NCBI GenBank assembly: GCA_963815215.1
Contig: CAWFFU010000010.1
Location: 32,001-96,000, forward strand
DNA length: 64,000 nt
Origin: an uncultured Trueperaceae bacterium
GTDB lineage: Bacteria; Deinococcota; Deinococci; Deinococcales; Trueperaceae
Direction of reading: 5' to 3'
The notes below the pieces were generated by a model. That model saw only the letters and a list, made by a program, of their open reading frames with translations, was not told where the DNA came from and searched no databases. The position numbers and the translations under genes were made by a program. Of this stretch, positions 1 through 8,851 are shown one piece after another (position 1 is the first letter of the stretch; the number at the start of each line of letters is the position of its first letter).

Positions 1-201
1 GGCGAGAGCGAGTCTCTTCGACGACCGACGAGCTCGTCGATCTCGGGCCGCCCGCCCCTGCCGTGTCGGACCCCACGGCCCGGGGCCGCCGCCGGCGCAC
101 CGACGCCGCGGGCCCTCGCCCAAGTACCTGCCGTACTGGGCCGACGCTCACCTACCTCTCGTCGGTCCCGCTTCCCTCGAGGGCATCGCCGCGCCGCTAC
201 G

Positions 202-594
202 TCAGTCTTGCGTCCCGTGTCCCAGCCCGGCCTCGACGTCGCGGTGGTCTGCCCGCGTCGGAGGTGGGCTCACGACCTGGTACGCGATCATCCGCGACTT
301 CGCCGTGATCCCCCGGGTCTCACCCGCCGGGACGAAGGCCATCGTGCCTACCTCGAGCGGCGTCTCGCCGCCGGCCGACACCAGCGTTCCACTCCCCTCG
401 AGCACGAGCAGGGCGAGATCGATCTCGGGCGCGTGCACGGGTATGAACTGCCCGGCGTGGAAACAGACGAGCAGCGCCTTCAGGTGCGTGCCCTCGGCTA
501 GCACCACCGGGGTGAATGCCTCGTGACGACACTGTCTGGCATCGAGCAGGGTGGCGTACGTCGTAACCTTGGGGCCTTGCGCTGAGGGGCTCAT
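202..594 (-). CDS. cupin domain protein
   Basis: GQFIPVHAP...VLEGSG...FVPAGETRGI cupin motifs; start moved to internal ATG at 594. Confidence 0.8.
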   Translation of the reverse strand: MSPSAQGPKVTTYATLLDARQCRHEAFTPVVLAEGTHLKALLVCFHAGQFIPVHAPEIDLALLVLEGSGTLVSAGGETPLEVGTMAFVPAGETRGITAKSRMIAYQVVSPPPTRADHRDVEAGLGHGTQD

Positions 595-629
595 CCCCAA
601 GGCATACCGCCGGGAGCCCCGGCGCAACC

Positions 630-643
630 ATGACCTGCGTCAA
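630..643. promoter_or_regulatory. FNR/CRP-like box upstream of cupin gene
   Basis: ATGAC-CTGC-GTCAA, 1 mismatch to TTGAC-N4-GTCAA. Confidence 0.4.
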
Positions 644-799
644 GCGGCGACGATGATGCGGTCGTCGTGCGCTCACCGCTACCTAGCGTCTGCGTGTGTT
701 GGGGGGTCCGGAAACCGGCACTCCGACCCTGTTCGAAGCCCTCGCTCCCACCGCGGCCACGACCTGTCGGGTGACCGCCACGCTCGATTCGCACGGCGC

Positions 800-829
800 T
801 TGACGGGCCCGACCCAAGCGTCGTATGGT
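800..829 (+). promoter_or_regulatory. sigma70-type promoter of tetR
   Basis: TTGACG (800-805), 18 bp, TATGGT (824-829). Confidence 0.55.
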
Positions 830-835
830 CTTTTC

Positions 836-853
836 GTTGAGTAGCTACTCAAC
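836..853. promoter_or_regulatory. TetR operator (perfect 18-bp palindrome)
   Basis: GTTGAGTAG-CTACTCAAC between the -10 box and RBS of tetR. Confidence 0.75.
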
Positions 854-866
854 AAGTGAGGGAGCG

Positions 867-1556
867 ATGGCGAAGACACCCGAGAACCCCATCAGGCGAT
901 CCTCTACACGCAGTGAACAGGCTGAGGCACGGCGCCAGCAGATCGTTGACGCCGCGCTCGAGCTCTTCGCGCAGCAGGGCTACTCCGCCACGACGACCAA
1001 GAGCATCGCTCAGGCGGTCGGAGTCACAGAGGGGCTGATCTTCCACTACTTCCCCACCAAGGGCGATCTCCTCCGCGTGGCCGCAGGCCAGCGGTCGATG
1101 TTCGTCCGGGAGGTACACGATCTCCTCGACGGCGCCACCGGCCGGCCGGCCCGTGACGTCCTGGGCGGCATCATCCTGGGCTGGGTGGCGGCGATCCGTC
1201 ACCAGGAGAGCCTGGTGACGATGCTCCTGGTGGAGTCGCAGTCGAATGATGAGCTGGGGCAAGCGTTCAGGGGTGTCGTCGGAGACCTCGTGGAGGCCAC
1301 GGCAAGGTATCTCCGGGCCCGGGTCGAGGCGGGTGAGCTTCGGGAGGATCTACCCACCAACACCAGCGCCATGCTGTTCTTCTCCTCCTTGATGATGTTC
1401 TTCCTGGCGAACCGGCATCTCGAGCCGGACGTCTGGCGTCGGCAAGCCACCCGCTTCACGTCGGAGATGCTCGACACCTGGTTCCGTGGGGCGCTTGCCC
1501 CTGGGAGCCACGTCGCCCACCCGACCATCGCAGCCGACTCGCAGGGAGGCGGATAG
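867..1556 (+). CDS. TetR/AcrR family transcriptional regulator
   Basis: N-terminal HTH RQQIVDAALELFAQQGYSATTTKSIAQAVGVTEGLIFHYF; GGGAG RBS before ATG 867. Confidence 0.93.
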   Translation: MAKTPENPIRRSSTRSEQAEARRQQIVDAALELFAQQGYSATTTKSIAQAVGVTEGLIFHYFPTKGDLLRVAAGQRSMFVREVHDLLDGATGRPARDVLGGIILGWVAAIRHQESLVTMLLVESQSNDELGQAFRGVVGDLVEATARYLRARVEAGELREDLPTNTSAMLFFSSLMMFFLANRHLEPDVWRRQATRFTSEMLDTWFRGALAPGSHVAHPTIAADSQGGG

Positions 1557-1759
1557 CCGGGCCGGGGTAGCGCCCCGGCCCGGCGGGCGCGGTTCTTGCC
1601 CCGCACACAGCCACTCCCATCGGGCGCTCCGACTCCTCGACATCGCTTCACGCATTTATTGAGTAAGTCCCTAGTCAATCTCGAATCACACCTACCCGAA
1701 GGAGCCTCGATGATCCAACCGACCGACGCCGAAGCACGGCCGACGAGCGAGGTGCGGGC

Positions 1760-4012
1760 GTGAGCCGCCTCGCCGGCTTCGCGACGAAGCATGCCCGCCT
1801 CGTCATCACCGCCTTCGCGCTAGCGACGATCCTGCTGGCGGCGAGCGCCCGTCTCACTCAGACGAACAACGCCACCGACGCGCTCTATCCGGACCACTCG
1901 CCGGTGGCTGCCCTCACCCGGACGATCGGTGACAGCTTCGACCAGCACGAGCGCTTGCTCGTCGTCCTCAACGGCGACATCTACACGCCCGCAGCGCTCG
2001 ACGCCGTGCGCACGCTGACGTCCGATCTGGAGCGCATCCCAGGCGCCACCCGCGTCACCTCCGTGGCCACGGCGAAACGCTTGGCGGACGACGGCGGCTT
2101 CCTGTCGGTGGGGAACCTGTTGCCCAGCTCGTCACCAAGCCCCAGCGAGGTGGCGTCGATCCGGATCTACCTACAGACCTCGCCCATGTACCGCAACGTC
2201 AATCTCGTGAGCCGCGACGGCCGCACGGCGAGCGTCATCGTCGAATACCAGAGCGGGATCGACGCCGCCGCCTTCGCGCGCACGGTCGATGTCACGGTGA
2301 CCCGGGACTGGCCCGGCTCGCATGCGCTCGCCGGCCAGGCGTACACCAGCATGGAGCTCCAGGCCATCATCCGACGCGACCTGCCCGTCCTCGCGAGCAT
2401 CGCCATCGGGCTCATCCTGCTGATGCTCTTCCTCAACTTCCGCACGTTCCACGGCACCATCCTGCCGCTCGTCCAGATCCTCGTGGGCGTCGTCTGGGGT
2501 ATGGGGCTGTACCACATCCTCGGCGGCGAGCTGATGGCGCTCACGGTCATCGGCCCGGTCGCCGTCATGGCTGTGGGGAGCTCGTTCTCGCTCCACCTGC
2601 TGGGCCGCTACTACTACGAGCTGGCACGCGGAACCAAGAAGTTGGAGGCCATACGGCTCATGCTCTCGGAGACCGGCCTCGGGGTCCTCGTCTCGGGGCT
2701 CGCCATCTCCGCAGCCATGAGTACGTTCCTCCTCTCGGACCTGGCCATGGTCCGGGGAGTGGGCCTCATCGCTGCCCTGGGCGTCCTATCGGTCTTGCTT
2801 GCCTCCCTCGTGCTCCTTCCCGCGCTGCTCAGCGCTCTGCCCTCCCCGAAGGCCATCCACGACCCCGAACGACCGGGAGCTCTCGGCAAGGGCCTGCGAT
2901 CCCTCGCCAACGGGGTGAGTCGGCGACGCCGCGCCATCCTGGCTGCAACCGGGATCCTCCTGGCTCTCGGGATATGGGGGGCAACACGGATCGAGGCCAA
3001 CACCTCCGTGCTGGCGTTCTTCCCCGCCAACGGTCCGACGCGCACGAGCGTCGCACAGGTAGAGCACGCGCTGGGGGGCTCGGCTTCGATCACGGCGTGG
3101 ATCCAGGCGGACATCGAAGACCCCGCGGTCCTGCGCAGCATGGAGCACTTCCAGCAAGCGGCCAGCAACCTGGACGGCGTGGGGACCAGCCAATCCATCG
3201 CCGACGTCCTGCGGGCGCTGAACCTCACCCTTGCCGGCCAGGACAGCCTGCCGTCGACACGGCAGGCTGTCGCTCAGGAGTTGCTGCTGTACCAGTCGTC
3301 CGGCAACCCCAGGGACCTGTCGCGCTTCATGACCGTCGACGGGAAGCAGGCCATCGTCACGTTCATCACCCGCTCGATGTCGACCGGCCGCTCGGCAGAA
3401 TTGGAACAGCAACTCGCTCGACTTGCGAAGAGCAGCTTCGGGGACCTCGCGCAAGTGCGGTTCGTAGGCGAGCCGCTCATGGAGCGGGATATCGAGCTCT
3501 CCATGCGGCACGACTTCCGGATCAGCCTCACCCTCGCGATGGCGTTGGTCCTGTTGATCGACAGCCTCGTGCGATCGTTCCGCGCAGCGTCAGTCACCAT
3601 CCTCGCCCTCCTCACCACGGTCGTGCTCCAGTACGGCCTACTCGGCTGGCTGGGGCTGCCACTGAATCTCGCCACCATGCTCATGGGGGCGCTGGCGATC
3701 GGGGTCGGTGACTACGCCATCCATCTGACGGTGCGCTACATGGAGGAACGGCGCCGGGGACTGGGACCCGAAGCCGCCATGGAGCACACCCTGGTCACGT
3801 CGGGCCGCCAGATCGTGTTCACGGCGCTCACGCTGGGGGCAGGCTTCGGCGCGTTGATGTTCGCCGATTTCGTGCCCGTCTCAACGCTCGGCGGCCTGAT
3901 GGTCGTGACCGTGGTTCTGGTGGGCCTGGCGACCCTCATCCTGCTCCCCGCGGTGAGCCTCACCGCGTTCCGCAACCCCCGTACTCGTATCCAGCCCAAT
4001 CCCGAGGAGTGA
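1760..4012 (+). CDS. MMPL/RND family transporter
   Basis: 750 aa, two repeats of TM-large loop-5TM, GVGDYAIHL motif. Confidence 0.9.
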   Translation: MSRLAGFATKHARLVITAFALATILLAASARLTQTNNATDALYPDHSPVAALTRTIGDSFDQHERLLVVLNGDIYTPAALDAVRTLTSDLERIPGATRVTSVATAKRLADDGGFLSVGNLLPSSSPSPSEVASIRIYLQTSPMYRNVNLVSRDGRTASVIVEYQSGIDAAAFARTVDVTVTRDWPGSHALAGQAYTSMELQAIIRRDLPVLASIAIGLILLMLFLNFRTFHGTILPLVQILVGVVWGMGLYHILGGELMALTVIGPVAVMAVGSSFSLHLLGRYYYELARGTKKLEAIRLMLSETGLGVLVSGLAISAAMSTFLLSDLAMVRGVGLIAALGVLSVLLASLVLLPALLSALPSPKAIHDPERPGALGKGLRSLANGVSRRRRAILAATGILLALGIWGATRIEANTSVLAFFPANGPTRTSVAQVEHALGGSASITAWIQADIEDPAVLRSMEHFQQAASNLDGVGTSQSIADVLRALNLTLAGQDSLPSTRQAVAQELLLYQSSGNPRDLSRFMTVDGKQAIVTFITRSMSTGRSAELEQQLARLAKSSFGDLAQVRFVGEPLMERDIELSMRHDFRISLTLAMALVLLIDSLVRSFRAASVTILALLTTVVLQYGLLGWLGLPLNLATMLMGALAIGVGDYAIHLTVRYMEERRRGLGPEAAMEHTLVTSGRQIVFTALTLGAGFGALMFADFVPVSTLGGLMVVTVVLVGLATLILLPAVSLTAFRNPRTRIQPNPEE

Positions 4013-4016
4013 CCCC

Positions 4017-4856
4017 ATGACCGATCGACGCATCACCGTCCCGCTCGAGCCCGTGCCGGCCACCGACCGTGCGCCGCGGCCGCCTCGCTACGCCCTGCGC
4101 ATCCGCCCGCTGCTCACCGCCGCAGCCCTCCTCGTGCTGCTCGGGGCTGGCGCCTCGTCAGCCCAGGCCTACACCACCGGGGCCGAAGTGATGCACGCGG
4201 TCGACGCGCGGCCTAGTCCGGCCACCGCCGAATCGACCCTCACGATGACCATTACCACAGGCGGCGGCCAGAGCCTCACCCGAACGATGACCATGTGGTC
4301 GGCGAACGACGACCGACTCATCAAGTTCACGGCCCCCGCCAACATCGCCGGGTCCGGCTTCCTGATCGTTACGCATCCCGACGGGAGCGACGAGACCATG
4401 GTGTACCTGCCTGCCCTCGGCCGCGTCCGTAGGATCGCCGCCGGGCAGCAGAGCGACTCGTTCTTCGGTTCCGATTTCGCGTACGAGGACATCACCGGGA
4501 TCCCCTTCGACGATTACCAGTGGCAGCTCCAATCGGTCGGCGACGGCCCGACGTACGTCGTCCAGGGGACTCTGAAGCCGGGACGTACTTCCAGCTACGA
4601 CCAGCTCGTTCTCGACGTGCCACAGAGCACGCTCATCCCGACCCGCATCGCGTACTACAGCCACGGCGAGAGGGTCAAGGTCCTCACCGTCTCCGACGTC
4701 CAGAAGGTCGGCGACTACCTGATCGTGGGCAAGCGGCGGATGGAGTCCATGACCGCCGGCTCCGTGGTCGGCAGCACGGACATCGAGCAATCCGACGTCA
4801 AGCTCGACGCGACCATACCGCCCGAGGTCTTCACCGAGCGGTTCCTGAGGCGCTGA
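4017..4856 (+). CDS. outer membrane lipoprotein-sorting (LolA-like) protein
   Basis: signal peptide; YLPALGRVRRIA, FFGSDFAYED and C-terminal FTERFL motifs typical of this family. Confidence 0.85.
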   Translation: MTDRRITVPLEPVPATDRAPRPPRYALRIRPLLTAAALLVLLGAGASSAQAYTTGAEVMHAVDARPSPATAESTLTMTITTGGGQSLTRTMTMWSANDDRLIKFTAPANIAGSGFLIVTHPDGSDETMVYLPALGRVRRIAAGQQSDSFFGSDFAYEDITGIPFDDYQWQLQSVGDGPTYVVQGTLKPGRTSSYDQLVLDVPQSTLIPTRIAYYSHGERVKVLTVSDVQKVGDYLIVGKRRMESMTAGSVVGSTDIEQSDVKLDATIPPEVFTERFLRR

Positions 4857-4857
4857 C

Positions 4858-6081
4858 GTGCGTGCCCTTCGTGGGTTGCTTCTCGTGCTCGCGCTCGCGG
4901 GCGGATCGTCGCTCGGCTGGGCCCAGGTGACGCTGGGCGGCGAGGCGAGTGCCCGGTTCGGTGTCGCGATCGATGGGAGCCTCCCCATCGCCGCCGCTCA
5001 GCTCGAACTCGACGTGAAGGGGGAGACGGGATCCGGGTTGTTCCCCGACGCCACCTTCAACGCATCCCTCATCGCCCGCTACGACGCTGCCGGGTCGAGC
5101 GAGGTACGCCTCGGTGAGGCCTTCGCCACCCTCTATCTCGGCGGTCTGGAGCTCTCGGTGGGCCAGCAGGACGTCGCCTGGGGCACGACCGTGGGCATCA
5201 ACCCGGTCGACGTCGTGAACCCTAGAGACCGCTCCTTCCCGCCGGACATCCAGAAGCTCCCGGTTCCGATGGTGCATGCCAGCTACTACCTGGGCGACGT
5301 CGCCCGCATCGAAGCCGCGCTCGTCCCTGTGTTCGTGCCATCGGTCCTCCCGGGGGACACCTGGCAGTCGTCTCAGACGATGTCGCCTCCGCAAGGCGTC
5401 ACTGTCGTCGGCCAGCTCCCGAGCCAGGACGACCGTCCTACGGCCGGGCTCGACAACGTCCAGGTCGGCCTGCGCGCGACCGCCACACTGCCGGGATTCG
5501 ACGTGAGCGCCACGTACTTCCACGGCTTCCGCAGCCTGCCCACAGTGCAGAAGTCCCTCGTGCCGAGCGGACCGCCGGGTGAGTTCCTCGTCCAGCCGGT
5601 CGCGCGCTACGACCGTATCAACGTCGTCGGCGCGGACTTCTCCCGCGTCATCGACAACGTGGTCATGAGGGGCGAAGCCGCGTACACGTTCACGGCGGAC
5701 CCGAACGGCAGCGACCCAGCCATCGGCAACCCGTCGTGGCAGGCCGTGCTGGGGGGTGAGTACGCCGTCCCCAAAGGTCCGAGGGTCGTCCTGCAGGGCG
5801 TTCTCGACGTAAGGGTGCCAGACCAGGGCACGAGCGCCGACACCCGTTTCAAGACCATGACCATGCTCTCCTACCAGGCCGGCACGCGCAGCCAGATCGA
5901 CCTCGGTTGGATGCAGGATCTCGATGGCAGTGGCACCCTGCTGCCCAGGCTCTCGTACACCTTCGCCGACGGCGTGGTCGGTCACGCTGACGGCTACATC
6001 TTCTACGGTGCGGACGGAACGGAGTTCGGCGGCTGGCGTGGCAACTCGCAGCTGCGCGTCGGGCTCACCTATTCGTTCTGA
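4858..6081 (+). CDS. putative outer-membrane beta-barrel protein (DUF1302-like)
   Basis: signal peptide, GQQDVAWG...NPVDVVNP motif, C-terminal LTYSF aromatic signature; follows MMPL and LolA-like genes. Confidence 0.7.
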   Translation: MRALRGLLLVLALAGGSSLGWAQVTLGGEASARFGVAIDGSLPIAAAQLELDVKGETGSGLFPDATFNASLIARYDAAGSSEVRLGEAFATLYLGGLELSVGQQDVAWGTTVGINPVDVVNPRDRSFPPDIQKLPVPMVHASYYLGDVARIEAALVPVFVPSVLPGDTWQSSQTMSPPQGVTVVGQLPSQDDRPTAGLDNVQVGLRATATLPGFDVSATYFHGFRSLPTVQKSLVPSGPPGEFLVQPVARYDRINVVGADFSRVIDNVVMRGEAAYTFTADPNGSDPAIGNPSWQAVLGGEYAVPKGPRVVLQGVLDVRVPDQGTSADTRFKTMTMLSYQAGTRSQIDLGWMQDLDGSGTLLPRLSYTFADGVVGHADGYIFYGADGTEFGGWRGNSQLRVGLTYSF

Positions 6082-6179
6082 GTGCGCCCTACCGAGCCGG
6101 GGTGCCGGTGTCTCGCTGGGAGGCGCGACCATGCTGCACGCTACCGATCCGCTGAAGCGCACGCACCTCCGTCTCGTGG

Positions 6180-6624
6180 CGTTGTCGCCCGGCAGGTGCG
6201 GGCGATCTTCCGCCGTCAGCGCAACCTCGCATTCCGGGAGGGGCGCGTCCTTGCCGTCGAAATGGCAGACCGGGTGGTGCAGGTATCCGGCGGAGGCCGG
6301 TTGCCTTTCGACCACCTGGTGCTGACGGCGGGCGCGACCAGCAGCGACTTCGGCGTTCCTGGCGTGCGCGAGCACGCCCTCTTCCTCAAGACGCTCACGT
6401 AGGCCGTCAACCTGCGATCGCACGTCCTGGAGCAGTTCGCGCGTGCGGCGCGGGACCCTGCGGCCCTGCTCGACTGGGCGCACAATCACCTGACCTGGGA
6501 GCGGCATACGCGCCTCATCACGCCGATGGTGCCCTCGCCGGGCGATGCCGCCGACGGGAATGTTCGGTCTCGGCCCATGTCGGGCGGAGGCGCGGAGCAG
6601 AATGGACCGGAAACGAGGACCTAG
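6180..6624 (+). pseudogene. type II NADH dehydrogenase (NDH-2) relic
   Basis: VRAIFRRQRN...LPFDHLVLTAGA..FGVPGVREHALFLKTL, in-frame TAG at 6400, then joined in frame to C-terminal-like LLDWAHNHLTWERHTRLI; no N-terminal GxGxxG. Confidence 0.75.
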
Positions 6625-6661
6625 CCGTCGCCATTTTGGCGACGCCGCGCAGGAGGACAAC

Positions 6662-6994
6662 ATGCCGAAGGATGTCTACCCCGCCGCTACCCAGGAGCTT
6701 GCCGAGGAGCGTGAGCGCCTGGCGCCCGACACGCTGGCGGCGTTCCAGGCGTTCAGCCGTCAGGTGTTCGCAGAGGGGGCGCTGCCGGCCGTGACCAAGC
6801 AGCTCATCGCGGTGGCGGTGGCGCACACCACGCAGTGCCCGTACTGTATTCGCAGCCACACGCGTCAGGCGCTGAAGGCGGGCGCCAGCCGCGAGCAGAT
6901 CATGGAGGCGATCTGGGTGGCCGCCGAGATGCGGGCAGGCGCTGCTTACGCACACTCGAACCTTGCGCTCGATGCTCTGAACCAGGCACCGTGA
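6662..6994 (+). CDS. carboxymuconolactone decarboxylase / AhpD family protein
   Basis: KQLIAVAVAHTTQCPYCIRSH CxxC motif; AGGAGG RBS. Confidence 0.9.
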   Translation: MPKDVYPAATQELAEERERLAPDTLAAFQAFSRQVFAEGALPAVTKQLIAVAVAHTTQCPYCIRSHTRQALKAGASREQIMEAIWVAAEMRAGAAYAHSNLALDALNQAP

Positions 6995-7113
6995 CGGGGC
7001 CCGCGCGCAGGCGGGAGGACGACGCGTTGGGCGCGTAGTTCACTTCGCCAGCAGACCCCGCCTGCGCCTCTCTCGGGACGAACGCGCGAGACGTGTAGAA
7101 CGGAGGCGAGGCG

Positions 7114-7452
7114 GTGTTGCGGATCAAACGAGTCTACGAGCCTGAGGGCGAGGACGACGGGGCACGCGTCCTCGTCGACCGATTGTGGCCGCGCGGCGTA
7201 ACGAAGGCCGACGCCAACGTTTCCTGGTGGGCGAGAGAGCTCGCTCCTTCGACGGATCTGCGCCGCTGGTTCGGCCATGACCCCGCACGCTTCGACGAGT
7301 TCGCGAGGCGCTACCGGGACGAGATCGCCGACAAGCCGGAGCTGTTCGCGCTCAGGCGGATGGTCCGGGAGGGACCCGTGACACTCATCTACGGGGCACG
7401 CGATCAGCGTTACAACAATGCCGTCGCGCTCAGAGCCCTTCTCGAGGAGTAA
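7114..7452 (+). CDS. DUF488 family protein
   Basis: IKRVYE...DGARVLVDRLWPRGV...APSTDLRRWFGH...NNAVAL. Confidence 0.92.
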   Translation: MLRIKRVYEPEGEDDGARVLVDRLWPRGVTKADANVSWWARELAPSTDLRRWFGHDPARFDEFARRYRDEIADKPELFALRRMVREGPVTLIYGARDQRYNNAVALRALLEE

Positions 7453-7956
7453 CGCCTCCAGGCGGAGGCAGGGGCCCGGCCGCACCGGTGGTCACGCGGT
7501 GTGTCCGTGCCCCTGGCCGCCATGGGCCACTCGGGGCCGGCCGCCGCGCGGGCCGCCGAGCGGGCCGTGAGAGGTCACCCAGGTGATGGCGATCCGACGG
7601 CCGACGGGCAGAGGATCGACCCATGTCGCTTCGAGCGAGTCTCATCTTCGTCGAGCCCTATGCCGGTGCGTGCCGGTGACGGAGCTGGCGCCCTGGTTGC
7701 AGGGCCCAGGTGGTGGCGAGCACTGTGGCCCGGGGGCACGGTGCGCGGTGGTGCTCATTCTGCTCCTGAATGCGGTGGGGTGCCATGGCGATGGGCTCGG
7801 CGGCCGTATGCAGGCGCTGGCTAGAGGACAGCTCGAGGCCAAGGCGGAGGAGACCCGTGGCTACCGGTACCACCCACCCGTCGCCGCGCGTTTCGCCGCG
7901 TGCTCGACGTGATGGGTCCACACCAGCGCCCAGGACCGTGAACTGAGGCTCCGAGG

Positions 7957-8520
7957 TCAGTGGCCGGCCGGGATCGGTTCCGTTCCGCGGAGGCTCCACG
8001 AGTCGAGCTCTTCGATGAGCTGCATCACCCATCTGTCGATTCGAGAGGGGGTCAGTTCGCCTTGGCTCGTTTCGTCCAGGGCCAGTCCTACGAAGCAGCG
8101 CTCGCGTTGCGCGAGCGACGCCGTGTGTTGGTACCCCGAGATCGACCAGAGGCCGATCAGTTCGGCGCCGCGTGCTTCGACCCGCTGGGCCAGGATGCCC
8201 AGGGCGTCCATGTACGTGTCGGGGTAGCCGAGCTGGTCTCCCGAGCCGAAGAGGCCCACCTTCTTGTTGTGCATGTCGAGGGAGTCGAGGTCGCTGAGCT
8301 TCGCTTCCCAATCGCTCTGCAGCTCTCCGATATTCCAGGTCGAGCAACCGAGCAACAGGACGTCGAACGATTCGAGTTCGCGGAGATCATGGTACGCGAT
8401 GTCCATGAGTGTCGGGCGGACACCGGTGAGTTCCGTCAGGACCGTGACGATGCGTTCGGCGGCATCGGCTGTGTCGCCGAACGTACTCCCGTAGGCCGCA
8501 ACGATCCGGGGTGATTCCAT
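7957..8520 (-). CDS. long-chain flavodoxin
   Basis: YGSTFGDT, GCSTWNIGELQ, FGSGDQLGYPDTY, FVGLALDE; AAGGAG RBS 8 nt before ATG 8520. Confidence 0.92.
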   Translation of the reverse strand: MESPRIVAAYGSTFGDTADAAERIVTVLTELTGVRPTLMDIAYHDLRELESFDVLLLGCSTWNIGELQSDWEAKLSDLDSLDMHNKKVGLFGSGDQLGYPDTYMDALGILAQRVEARGAELIGLWSISGYQHTASLAQRERCFVGLALDETSQGELTPSRIDRWVMQLIEELDSWSLRGTEPIPAGH

Positions 8521-8692
8521 GACCATGTCTCCTTCCGGCTCGAGCCCCGAGTGGTCAGTGGCGCGCTCCTGAACGCTCATTGTGTAGTGGGCCTCGACGG
8601 TAGGTGCCGCGAGATCCAGTCTTCGACCCAGTGTGGTCCTGCCCTCCAGGTGTCCGCATCGCCGGTCGCGACAGCGAATCAGCCGCCTCCCG

Positions 8693-8745
8693 ATTATTGG
8701 CACTTCATCGCCGGGCGTCCTTGACCCAGGTCAAGGACGCCCGGC
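8693..8745 (-). promoter_or_regulatory. 36-bp palindrome with FNR-type core and class II-spaced -10 box for flavodoxin
   Basis: GCCGGGCGTCCTTGACC-CA-GGTCAAGGACGCCCGGC (8710-8745); minus-strand AATAAT at 8698-8693. Confidence 0.6.
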
Positions 8746-8851
8746 TCCTCGGCGTGGCCGCTGCCGCGACCCGCGCGTGTGGGATGGTCTACCCAGTTCT
8801 TGGCCGAGCCTGGCCCAACTTCGTGGCGGCCCCCTTGCCCGATGGCAGCTC

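Noticed and set aside
6400..6402. Amber read-through (pyrrolysine) in the NDH-2 frame
   Set aside because: The gene also lacks its N-terminus and most of its middle, and no pyl genes are seen; a nonsense mutation in a relic is simpler.
7460..7950. Short ORFs between DUF488 and flavodoxin
   Set aside because: No recognisable motif or convincing RBS in any frame.
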